DNA of 64,000 nucleotides from Lingula anatina. Taxonomy: Eukaryota > Animalia > Brachiopoda. The position numbers and the translations under genes are program-made. Positions 1-12,500 of this stretch are shown piece by piece (position 1 is the stretch's first letter; each line of letters starts with the position of its first letter). The DNA lies in NCBI GenBank assembly GCA_051362555.1, contig CM120640.1:10726001-10790000 (forward strand), in the 5' to 3' direction. The notes below the pieces were generated by a model that saw only the letters and a list, made by a program, of their open reading frames with translations, was not told where the DNA came from and did not search any database.

Positions 1-1000
1 CCTTGAATTTGACCTTTGACCTACTTTTAACTGAACTGTACTTTTAAAGACTTGTGAAGATTCTTTTGTCTATAGCTACTTATATATGTCTGGTCTTACC
101 AGTCAATATTTCATCTGCTTACAGTCAGACTTCATCAGGGAATGAGGTTGTGATAGGTGTGACAACCTATCACCCCCTCTGGTGTGCTATTTGGCCAGAC
201 CCCCCCCCCCCCCCCTCCTCTTGCCTGCCCCTCCGTTAGGAGTGAGAGGTAGAGGTTGAGTAGCTCGGTCTCATCATTCCGATTCAGCTTGGTCCCATGT
301 AAGCAGATGCTGATTGCTTCAAGAACTTTATGGTGTAGGTCCCGTGGCTCTCTTTCAAAGATTTTTATGTCTTCTAGGTCTTCTGATGAAGTCTGACTGC
401 AAGCAGACAAAATATTGGATGGTAAGACTTATTACAATAACATAGCTTATGAAATTGTTCTACACTGCAGTTTTCCAGCCCTTGTATCTCCAAAACTGGC
501 AGAGATAAGCCCATAGTTACTATTGAACTTGAATAGGAAGTCACATTTTGGCAATCTAACCGTAGCCTTGAAATTGACCATTGACCTATTTTCACCATGA
601 ACTGAACTTTGCACATTTTCTGGTACTTATATCTCTGACACAATCAGAGATTTGCCCATAGGTTCTATTAAACTTGAAAAGAAGGTCATATTCTGGCAAA
701 CTAACTGTGACCTTGAAATTGATCTTTGACCTACTTTTCATGATAAACTTAACTTTGCAAATTTTCTGGCCCTTGTATCCCCAAAACTGGCCGAGAAATG
801 CCCATAGTTACTATTGAACTTGAATAGGAAGTCATATACCAGCAATCTAATTGTGACCTTTAAATTGACTTTTGACCTACTTTTCACCCTGAACTGCACC
901 TATACAAATTTCCAGGCACCTATATTTACTATTGAACTTGGATTGGAAATCCTAAATTTAGGATCTTACTGCAACCTTGGATTTGACCTTTTACTTTTCC
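1..1000. repeat. Degenerate tandem array (~145-bp units, ~290-bp higher-order period), probably the core of a non-autonomous transposon; truncated by the window edge
   Basis: The motif ccttgaaattgacctttgacctacttt recurs at ~1, 567, 711, 857 and 975. The block cccttgtatc..caaaactggc.gaga..cccatagttactattgaacttgaataggaagtca occurs at ~479 and ~770. A 25-bp inverted repeat with 1 mismatch lies at 114-138/383-407. Confidence 0.7.
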
Positions 1001-1169
1001 CCACAATTTTGTTGTAAATTGTAATTTTCTACAGAAAAATTGAGAGTTCTTGACTGCATTTTTGATTGCAAAGCCAAAATTGACACTGGAGGTGGTATCC
1101 CTTTTTTTTTTCCATATAAATGCATTTACTCATCGCATCTCTGATCCTCTAGCTATCATTTCATTTTAG

Positions 1170-3978
1170 GCTAAAGTTTATCATTCAGGTGGATGAAATG
1201 CCAGTAAATGCCATACTTTCTGATGTAACAGTTCATGGAGATATTGAAGTATGTGAACTTTGAGGTCACCAGTAATCCTGCTTCTGCTGCAACTATACAC
1301 AGGCTGCTGTCTTCTGCTGCTACGTTAGACAGGTTGCTGCTATCACATATAGATACTGCATTGAATTTTAAATTGAAATATTCATCCATTGCAACTTGGT
1401 CTGCTGTCTGACATTTTAATCCTCACATGTATTATACAGTTAAAATCTCCATGAAAATCCTACAATAGTGCTACATGAACTAGCAAATGAATGAGTTACA
1501 GGATTCAAATAATATCCATAATACTCCAACAATTTACGCATATATGATATTCTGATAAAAAAAGGTATAGTAGATATATATTTCTCATTCCTGATCACTG
1601 AAAAAAATGTACTATATATGCAGTTGTCATTTTGTGTCAGCACTATTCATGATATTGAATACAAACCCATGGGATGGTCTGTTAAATATGATGATATGTA
1701 AAGAAGTCATTTCACATATCCGTCTACATCATGCAGGAGACAAGGAGAACAGCCTTACTAGTACTTGCCCATCGGCATTTACTCTCCACTGACATATTGG
1801 TACTTATGGCCCCATTCAGAATAGGGGACTAACTAGTCTGAGGGTCAAATGTGGCAACCTACTACAAAGCTTGCAGTCTAATCTGCTAATAGACACTGAA
1901 TAGATTCCACATGGGGAAGTATTCAGGTGGGTCGACCATATTTGACCCTTGGACTAGTGAGTCCACTGTTCTGAATGAACCTTACAGCACTTAATGAATT
2001 ACATTGTTATTTTGATTTTGCATACTTATAACAAACAAATACGTTTTCACTAATATTGACAACAGAACTATTTACAGGCATTGGTTTGTATTTTCACTTC
2101 TGGTAAAAATAAAAAGAACTTGTGATTTCTTTTTTATGCATATTTTAAATTTCTACTATATATATTAAGCATGTAAGTAATCTGTGCTCTTATCCACTAC
2201 CTGAGAGAGAGCATTACTGGCCTGAGAGGACACTGTTGTTTATACATGTCTAAGGTAAACCAAGTATGTTTGGTAGACTGTCATTGTTGAAAACCCAACT
2301 TTTACATAGTCAATTCATTGAAAAATCTGCATCAAATATCATGGTGTGTGTAATGTGGTCTGTTATCCAAATTTTGAGTTAACTTGTCAATAAGAATTTG
2401 GTAGTTTTTTTATGAAGTTTTTGCCGAGCAGCTGGAGGTTTTCGTATACCAGGGCCTCGTAACTCAAAAACATTGTGAATAGCAATATCACCTTTTATTT
2501 CGAGGCAATTATATTGGGTGAGTTATGGAATCGAGATGCTTGCGCTCGGTTGCAATGCACAGTGCTTTTGAGTTACGGGGCCCAGCATGACAAGCTTGAC
2601 CGTCACTTTGGCCCAACACGCGTTCTCTTTGTCTTGCCCCTTAACACACATCGGACAATAGATCTCCACCCATTTCCTTTCCATCTACGAGATATTTCCA
2701 TGATTAAACAGAGGCATATCATCCTGACCTGAGGTGCAGTGCATGCCAGTTGCTTCATTTTTACGGACAGACACTATATTTTTCAAATTATCAAAATGAG
2801 ACAATTGAGTTTTGTTTTGTGGGGTTGCAAAGCACATCCCCCTTTTGTCAGAGAAAAGGAATTGATTAAGTAGGAAAAGGAGAGCGCATAGAAGCCAGCA
2901 CTAGATCAGTTTCTTGTTGGCACATTGCATGTGTTGGATATAAATAGATGAATACGGCTGCATAAATTATCATTTAAATTACCATGTACATCTTGTACAT
3001 GAACCTTAAAGAATCTATCTCCCATTGATGAATGATTAGGTGATAGTAAAGCTAGTGTTACTAAGCTAGGTAATATGTATGTGGAATCTGTTTTGGTTAA
3101 GCACAGTTCCAAATTACTATAATACTGTTAAAGAAAATTAAAGTAGTGTTGAAAAAAAAACTATTTGATATGTAGGCTGATACATTCATAATGATTATTA
3201 GCCTAATTCTGTTAGGGTTATGTAAAAATAAGTTCCTTCAATATTCCTGATAAAATGACGTAAACATATATGTATATAACCTACAAATCCAACCATATGT
3301 GCCAGAGTTTTAAATAAAAAAAATGAAATAAAAAAGAGAAAAAAAAAATGCTCCACTGTACCACTTTCATAATTTTTCCTGACAAGAAACAATACTTTTT
3401 TTAGGCCTAGTTAATAAAAAATTGTGATGAATGTGGTGTTAACCATAAAATTGACAAAATCCTATTATTTTCTATGTATTATTTTCCACATTTGACAGCT
3501 TTGCTGGTTTATATTATTATATTTCTAATGAGTAGTCTCAAGTATTTAATGCCCTTTCCTTTTGTCTTTGCCTTATAGTTACTATTCTGGAGGCTACAAG
3601 TCAGAGGATGGAACTCTTATTCTTCATGACAAAAGTAACACGGTAAGACCTGTGATTAGAATTTTGAGCTGTAGTAGCAGGTACTTAGAATTTTAATTGC
3701 AAAATCAAGTTAAAGTGCTTAATCTTAATGTGGAAAAATTTTGGTAGTGTTTTCATCTACCTCATTCTAGGATCTGTATTTTCTGTCTTCAGGAATATTT
3801 GTCAGACATACCATCAGGCTTGCCAGGGTTTGAGGAATGCGGCATCAGTAGAAAGAAGCTGCAGAGTATTATAGACTTGGCACCAATTTTCCTTCGAAAT
3901 ACTGCCGACGTAACCAATACAGAATTAGAACAGTCTTACTATGCTAAACCAATACCCCCTCAGCCAGTTCTTGTTTGA
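1170..3978 (+). CDS. 3' exons of an unidentified protein-coding gene (5' part lies outside the window)
   Basis: Phase-compatible AG/GT-bounded exons: 1170-1248 (LKFIIQVDEMPVNAILSDVTVHGDIE), 1737-1799 (ETRRTALLVLAHRHLLSTDIL), 2078-2102, possibly 2712-2733, 3579-3642 (YYSGGYKSEDGTLILHDKSNT) and 3793-3978 (EYLSDIPSGLPGFEECG...PQPVLV*). AATAAA lies at ~4155. The last two exons are firm and the middle ones tentative. I do not recognise the family. Confidence 0.6.
1808..1982. mobile_element. MITE with long imperfect TIRs (PIF/Harbinger-like)
   Basis: The left arm ggccccattcagaata..gactaactagtc.gagggtcaaat.tgg pairs with the right arm ccatatttgaccctt.gactagtgagtc..tgttctgaatgaacc. Confidence 0.6.
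2452..2583. mobile_element. Short MITE
   Basis: TIRs gggcctcgtaactcaaaaacattgtg / cacagtgcttttgagttacggggccc. Confidence 0.6.
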
Positions 3979-4745
3979 CAATTTAACCACTTATGCATAT
4001 GTGGTCAGCAATTTGCTAAAAGACTTCATACAGTTTGCAGACGGTACCCAATTTGCTTAAAAAGAAGTATTTTAAAAGCAGTGCTTACAGTTGAAACTAG
4101 ACGTTAATTTGTCCTGTTAGCATTTCTTATAATGCTCGATGTAAAAAATTCATTAATAAAAAGTTATCTTAGTTTACAGTCTCACTTTTTTCCAACTCGA
4201 TATCACAAAAATTGAAATTCAAAGTTTATGTATTATAGAAAATTGTGATGAATGTGGTGTTAACCATAAAATTGACAAAATCCTATTATGGGATTTTCTT
4301 GGAACATGTTGCAATTCATACTGTAATGGCTAAAAGAAGAATCACTGACGTCTCATATATAGAATGATACTGATACCTGTAGTTTGGATAAGTAGTACAG
4401 AAAGGAAGAGAGGAACTATGCTTAAACTCCCAAATGTGTCGAAATGATTATTCCAAATTGGTACTAGTTAAAAACTTCTAAGTGATAACAAAATTGTAAC
4501 TTTTAAAATACTTTTTATCAAACTATGATACAAATAGATGTGTACATTAAGGTTATAATTTGAGATGAAATATGAATCATAAGGTGTTGGAATGTAGGCT
4601 GCATCACAAAGTCTGGCACAGTGTGCAATTATAAATTGCAGACAACTATATACAATGAAGATGAATTTAAGTTTAATTTCATGTCAACCTCTGTTTTTCA
4701 AAGCAAAATATCTTGCATTGTTGTTGAGCCTCCATTAGTTTCTTC

Positions 4746-6544
4746 CTATGCATAAGTCAGTACTTTCGTAGCAGAAAGCATAGTGCTGACCGTGTTGTAG
4801 AATTTATAGTTGGTGTCTTTTATTTTCTGCTGACCCTCAGCAGACAGTGCTTCCATCACAAGATGATACAAGTCAGCGTGGTACTGAAACGACAACATAA
4901 AATCATGATTTTCTCCGTCCAAACAAAATGCGACATAGTAATGTGATACAAACTCCCCCTGTTGCAGTCTTGTACAACTAAACAATATTGCTTTAAAAAT
5001 TTTCAACATAGGCTACATCATGCTTTTTCTTTATTTTCCCACAATTGAGTGAAAATTTGACGAATTCAAAGTTAAAAGAACAACAAAAATTCCCAATTGG
5101 GTTTGGTCTGCAATATTAATTTACATTTGTGCCATCAGCATGGTCATCTGAAAACTCTTCATCAAACTCGGACATTTTCAGTTTTATAGTCCTCTTCTTA
5201 GTAGCCATGAACAGTCCCCAGTCCTCCTAAAATTACAATAATAAAATTTGTTTACAATAAAATAAATGTTTTTAATACATACTGTAAATTATGTGGTATT
5301 AATAAAGTAACTGGAAAATTGATTTGTTTATAAAAATATTTTTAGATGCAATACTTGCCTCTAACAGGGGTTCATCTTTCATACACTCAGCCCCTTGGAT
5401 GATTATCTTATCTCTGTCTGCTACTTCAGCATTCCACTTAGACCAAGAGTAGGCCATAGATGATGCAGTTATTGCCATCTGCTGATACAGATTGGATTCT
5501 GTCACAGGATGCTAAAATGTGAATACAGTGGACTAGGTTACTTAAGGCAAAACATTGCTACAACAGACAAACTATTTTACTGGAAAAAATGACCAGTATA
5601 AGTTCTAGAGTGCCTGATGTTTGGAACCTTATGGTTCATGTTTGTTACAAACCAAGTTGTGAGAACCATGATCAGAGTATGCAAATAAATAAGTAAAAGT
5701 TAAGCAGCAATTGTGTGCAAAGAACGAAATGTGTCAATTATGAGTTAAACCTTGAGGATCTGAAATTAAACTTTCATCTAGTCATTATTATTTTCAGTGC
5801 ATTCTACTCAGTATAATCTGATGTTTTTACTGCTGCCTCATGTCTTAGAATATTTCTAATCAGGGCTGACATTATAAGCTTTTCCTTTAAAAATATTATA
5901 GCCAATGTTTTATTCATAAGGTGCCTCAAAGAACCCTTTTAAATGTATCATATTAAGTGCTTACCTTATTCTGAATGCTCACATATTTGGAAGAATCTTC
6001 AGCTGGAAATATGTTTATCCCAGCAGCCTTCAGAGCCTGATAAAACAATTACAAAACAATGAATATTACAGTTAATAAAAGCTTGTCTTTGAATGAACAA
6101 AACAGTTCTGTATTACGCTGTAACTTCACCATTTTGTCCCTCTTTAAAGACAACTGCTTTAGAAATTATCAGAAAATTGTTACCTTAATCAAATCTTGAG
6201 GAGACATCCATTTATTAAGCAAGTGTTGGAGTTCTGGTTTATCATCTGGTTTCCCTAGGCAGCACTTGTCCTCCTGTGAAGAAAATGGTGGATTGCATGA
6301 CTTGATTTTTTATTTTAAATTGGCACTAAATGTTTTTATTTCAATGGCATTAACTATTAATATTTACGCATACATTTGTTCATATAAACTGCTATTCCAA
6401 TTACATAAAAAGCTTACTTACATATAAAGACAAAGTTTTTTGTTTTAATATTTTAAAGCTACTATCCATTTTGAAATAATATGGCATAACATTTCCTGAT
6501 ACAAAAATTTTAAAAGCCATTAAAATACTGATGGCTTAAGCATT

Positions 6545-6596
<52 letters not shown>

Positions 6597-9500
6597 GTGT
6601 GATAAATATGCCAAAATGAGAATATAAACAAGGCAGCAAAGTCAAATATACAGACAACAAGAAAGAAAAATCCATTCAAGCTGGTTTGCCAATTTAAGCT
6701 GTATATCAATCATTCTTGTAAGTTACAAAGTGATAAGTAATACAGTTTTCCTTTTAGAGCATATGTAGTGGCAGCAAACAAAATTTTTATTCATTTTGAT
6801 GCAATGTTACGTAATGCTTTACAGCTTATAATCACCATCAGTTTTAAATTATGCACTGCAGGTAACAAAGATATCTGGAAATTGTGACTAGCAAAGGTCT
6901 TCAGGCCCATGGAAATTCAAAGTCACACCTTAAAAATGCCAATATGCACCCAAGTACTGAAATGTTTTATTTTCATTTTCAACACTTACTACATAATACA
7001 GGATGACCAATTAACTTTCATTTTTACATGATCAATTAAAAAATTGTTAATATGGGAAAAATGTCAATAAAACCATTTTATATGTCCAATTTGCTCCATT
7101 CTGAGATTCTGTATAGTGAAGGATTGAATCTGACAAACTGCACTTGTGAGTTTATTTCCATTTTGATGCTTTATTGCACAATACACAATGGCAGATTTAC
7201 CATCATTTTTAAATAAGCAATATGCTAAATTGTTAAGATGCAAAATATGTCAAAGAACACTTTTACAAACATGATAAGTTCAATACTGAGATTATAACTT
7301 CAACAACAACAAAAAAAAAAACAAGCTAATTTGATCTATGTATCAGACCTTTAAATCAGTCCTGCAAGTTTCAAAACAAAATATGTCATGGTTTTCATTT
7401 TATTTGCATACCGGTGGTTAAAATATGCTGAAAAAAGAAAAAAAAAAAGCTTAACTTTTGGAAAAATGGTCCGATCAGGCTGATTTTTGAACCTGACCTG
7501 TATTTCATACATATTTATCAGTTCTGTAAGTCTGAAGACAAAAGACAAAATGGACTTCATTTTATTTGTATAACGGTGGATAAAATATGCTGAAGAAAGC
7601 AAAAAAAAAAAAAAAAAAAAAACTTTGGAAAAATGGTCCAACCTGGCTGCTTTTAGAACTCGACAAGAATTTAATGAAAATTCATTAGATTTGTAAAACT
7701 GAAGATAAAAGGTAAAACAGTTTTCATTTTATTTGTATAACGGTGCATAAAATATGCTGACAAAAAGAAAAGGAAATCTTTGCAACCCCACAAATGAAAT
7801 TTGTGCAAAATTGCTCGTAAATAATAACTTCTGCTGACTCGTCACATCATAATATTTAGGATGATGAGTTTTATTGAATATTATATATATATTTTTTTTA
7901 TCCCTAAGGCCATAACGTTTAATACAGACAACAATTTGCTACATTGTTGTTATTGTTAAAATGATTAGGATAATGAGGTTATATAATAAAAGCATCCTTG
8001 TTTGGCCAAATCAAGAACAATCGATAGTCTTTGTTGTCTTCTTTCTTGTTATGAATGGGACTATGAAAGTTTGTGGTACACTGGGATGGAGGAGACATAA
8101 AAAACAGTATATCTTTAAAAATGGTTCAATCAGGGTGATGTTCAAGTTTGACCTGTATTTTTTTAATATTCATCAGTTCTATAAGTTTGAAGACAAACGG
8201 TAAAACAATTTTCATTTAATTTGTATAACACTGAAAATGCATGGCACCGATGCCAACGACATCAGTTATGTAAGTTTAAAGACAAAATGGTGTCTTTACA
8301 TAAAAAAAATTAAACTTTACTGACATTATAAACCTTTTATTTTATCTGGTGTCCATTTTCATTTCTCTTTATGTTTTAAAACAAAACCTTGTTAAAGCAA
8401 CTTCTTTCATATGCAGTGATAAGTGTTAAACTTTTAAAATTTGCCATACTGTGTTCACTGTCACCAGTTACTCTGTACAATTTCTCTGCCTTCTACATGT
8501 AATACCTGCAAGACAACAATGGCCATCAATTACCTCTATTTCAATCTCCAGCTCCACTATAGCTGCTATCAACGTGAACAGAGCTTTGTTCATACCCCTG
8601 GGCCGAATTTCCCAAGACTGGAACGGCATATTCACATGTGAGTCTTGAAACAACCCAAATGTGGTGAAGTAATTGGTCTTGAAGGTCAGCATTTTGGTCT
8701 CTGAAAGGAAAGAAATTCTTCAAATTTCTGGTTGTATAAATTTGGCTTACTTTTTCCTTCCAGTTCATAAGGCAAAGAAAAAAGCAGAAAATCTCAGTGC
8801 AAATATAATTTTACAGGTAATAATATAGTAATGGGTCTCTTTCTTTTTTCAAGTTATACTATTTTATTTATTATATCATAAAAAATATTATCTATTGCTA
8901 TTTCAAATCCTATGCTGGCATTAAGTTGGGTTTAGTGGCAATGATTTAACATAAGTATTCATTAATATGCATCTTTAATATCATTTACACAAAAAGCATG
9001 ACTAGCCTTCATTATAGTTATTGTCACTGAATCCTTCTAGTCTCCATGTTTTAGTTGGAGCATCCCATCTAGCTACTTGAGGCTCTTCACAAAAGTATAC
9101 ATCTTGTGGAAGTCTGAAGTCAGATTGAAGAAAACAATATTACTAGATTTATTTCTTAATATAAAAAATACAAAAAAAAAAAAAAAAAAAACTTTCCCAT
9201 GTGTCATCCCAATGGAGCCGAGATTTAATGACTGTACCCCCGCAGGGACGAAGCATGGGGGGGCGTGTGAGAGGCGGAGAGACTATTAAAAGATTAGGCA
9301 TTTTTTCTTTCATGTACGTCCGCCATATTTAGTTCCAGGATTTGTAAAGCCATGGCTCAACTCGTTGTGAATGCGATCTTAAATTAGCAAGAAGCCCTGC
9401 AGTGTTAGATCCATCCAGCTAATTAATATGATGGGTTTATGGAAATGCAGTCAAGGTTACTAAACTCTAATTAAAAGATTATTTGCAGTGAATTATTTCT

Positions 9501-12500
9501 TAATTCCTTGCTAACATACCTCATTGAAATTGCAATAGGTGGCTTTTCCTCCTTCTTCTCTTTCTGGTCATCTTTCTTATCCTTATTTTCTTCCTCCTTG
9601 TTTGGTGTGGGCACAGCACTGGCATTATCAGCCACATAGTCCATAGGATTTAACACTGGTTCCACCACTAAAATGTACAGTACAGCACGATCTACATCCC
9701 CTCTTATAGCTAAATGATCCTGACACGATTTTATTATTTTCAAAAATGTACCTAATTATTTATGTGTTTTGTATCAAGTGTAAACTTTCTAAGTTTTTTT
9801 TATTCTAAGTTGATTTTTATGCAGAAAAATTCATGAGCTCAATAAACCTACTTGTTATAGTTTACCATGTATAGATACTTGTAGAAATCTGCCTCATAAC
9901 AATACTCTTTTTTAAATATTAAATATCTAAAAAAACAACTTATAAAGATAATCACATGTTGTCATGATCCAGCCTTTGACTGATTTAGGTTGAGGTGGAA
10001 GATGTAACAAGTTAAAATTAAAAACTCCACCCAGAGGTGTGTAAGCACGCAAGTCTACAACATCATCTTCATCATCAAAATCCTCCCACACAAGGGGCTC
10101 TGTGGAAAGAAATCATGAGTGGTACAACTCTTTTATTAAGATGCACATTTAACATATTAAAAGCATTTGTTCATCTTCATATACTGACCTAGGAATAATA
10201 TTTTTAATTTTATTTAACAACATACAAGAGCAATGTCATTTAATCTAGGGAAGTAGATATCTACTTCCTTGTTTATGCAGGGGTTGCAGAAATCTTAAAT
10301 GCATGTTTGCACTTATCTAAATTAAAAATACACTTGTGGCTGATTTTCTATGGCCATTTGCTTATGTTAAATGGCTCAGAATTTGCCATACCAGGTGTTT
10401 TTGCATCTTCTTCTGGGGGTAATTCTTCTTCCTCTGGTTCATCATCTTTCTTTTCATCCTGTTTTTCTTCTTCATCATCTCCATCAATATTACCACTTCT
10501 CAAAGCTGCCATTAGATCCTAAAAAACATGTTCAAAGCAACATTTCAATATGTTTGTCTCCTGATAACTGTAGAAAAAAACAAATCTAATATATGTTTGA
10601 TTTTGTAACCTGTAATCTTTTATATGCTTAAGTTTTGAAAGAAAATTACCTGTGCAAGGAAGACAAAAATTTAACTGTTTGCTTTTCCTTTTTTTAACAC
10701 TGTCTTGAGCACTGTAAGCTACTACATTGTTTTTCTAAACTCACCTCTGTCTTTTCCCTTTCCATGTCTTCTTCATCTTCCTCTTTTTCCTCTCCTTCAG
10801 GCTTTTCGCCCTCTTCAGCCTTCTCCTCTTCTTGCTCTGGAGGAGCTTCCTCTACTTCAGGCTCTATACATATTTATGCAAAAGATTTTAACAGAAAATA
10901 AATGCAATGACAAACATCGGAATTTAAGTAAAAAAAACACCTTTACTTTTACATATTCCAAATAACAGAAATTAGAATATGACATATCATTGAACAAATC
11001 AGGATGATATGATTAATAACATTAATTAAATTTTTATGTATAAATTAAATAATATGAAGGTCGAGAAAAATTAATAAGATATGAAAAAAGCATTAGAAGC
11101 AAAAGTGAAAGTACCTTCTGTTTTTTTCAACCTTGGCGTATAAGACCTTGTGGTATATGACAAATGGTCATATTTTGAATGGAGAAGTCTCACTGCACAA
11201 TCAGACAAGGTCAGGATTTTGGGAAGTTCAAATTGGAACCCTTTTTCTTTGAACTCAAATGATTTTATTCTATAAAGTATTAAAAGTAAAATTCTAATTA
11301 AGCAAGTAGGTGTGTAAAAAACAAAGAAAAAAATACAAAGCATGATTAATAATATAAAATCTAAGCAAAAAAGTTAAAATTATAAATGTCAGTTGAAACA
11401 GGTTCTTGCATCAAGTAACAAAAAGCAAAAAGAAATCATGTGTTCAATAACAGACTAAATATGCTTCAAATTACAGAGATAAAACAAAATGTAATACATG
11501 TTTCATTAAAATACTATTTGGAACTAACATTGGACTTCAATATAGATAAAAGAGATAAGTGCTTATTACTAATTCCATACATGATTACAAAATCACCAAA
11601 TGTTTATAACCCACCTTGGATTTTTGCTCAAGTTTCCCCAAACACACAAGGTGCACATATCATCCCCATAACATGCCTCCAAGTTGCTAGTATCTGGATT
11701 AGCCAACTCACTGGCACGCAGTAGTAACTCATGGGAGGCACGGTCCAGTTTCTCTTTAAGTAGTGTTTGCATTGCTGACATTGTCTGCAGTGACAAATGC
11801 TATGCATGAAACTTTGCATCATACCTTGTATCTCTTTATATCTCTGTTAAACTTCATGTTTCAAAACCCTGAATTAAAAACAGACATGCTGAAAACTTTT
11901 CAGAATGGCCGGACATTTGGGCTGGCAGTAATGAAAAATTTGCTGGACCAAATGGATTTTTGTCAGACCGAAAAACCACCCTATTCATTTCAGACAGATA
12001 CTACCAGTACGATTCAATAGCTTACTTTGTTTGTGAATGTGATAGGTTTGAAATGGAAGGGAAAAATGCTTTGGGTTTTATATAATTTTATTAGTGAAGT
12101 ATGTCGAACGATAACTGTAAATTCAAAATTGCGGTTCTTAAAACTCTTGTCGGTCCTTTGGACCGACCAAGTCCAATTTTTTACCGGTTCAGACAAGTTT
12201 CAGCATGTCTGACAGTTTCAGCATGTCTGATTAAAAGGGCATAATTCATGCTTGCCAAAAAAAAAAAGAAAAAAAAAATCACCAGTGAGGCTGATTATGC
12301 CCATAAACATAATTTCATACATGTTCTTATTAAATGGATTAATAGTCATAAAAATATTTTGTACAATATCATTTGAAAGAAAACTAATTTTCTTGTCTAA
12401 ATTTTGTGCTTATGCTTGCTGCATTAAGTTACATGTTAAATGTTTGCACTGAAAACTGTGCTTACCGCTTTAAACTGATTGACCTCTTGCTCCATGATGT

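Noticed and set aside
54-1017. Short ORFs in the first kilobase
   Set aside because: They fall in a degenerate tandem repeat and a poly-C tract, with no protein-like signal or consistent splice structure.
3418-3500. GTGATGA as the C box of an intronic C/D snoRNA
   Set aside because: No properly placed CTGA D box or terminal stem is present.
9200-9460. GC-rich intronic segment as a possible ncRNA or tRNA-derived SINE
   Set aside because: No cloverleaf or A/B boxes are recognisable, and the terminal inverted similarity is too weak to call.
11825-11868. Extra DNAI7 exon (..DIKRYK|gtatga)
   Set aside because: It would leave a 40-nt intron and be out of phase. Exons 12466-12546 and 11615-11784 already join in frame.
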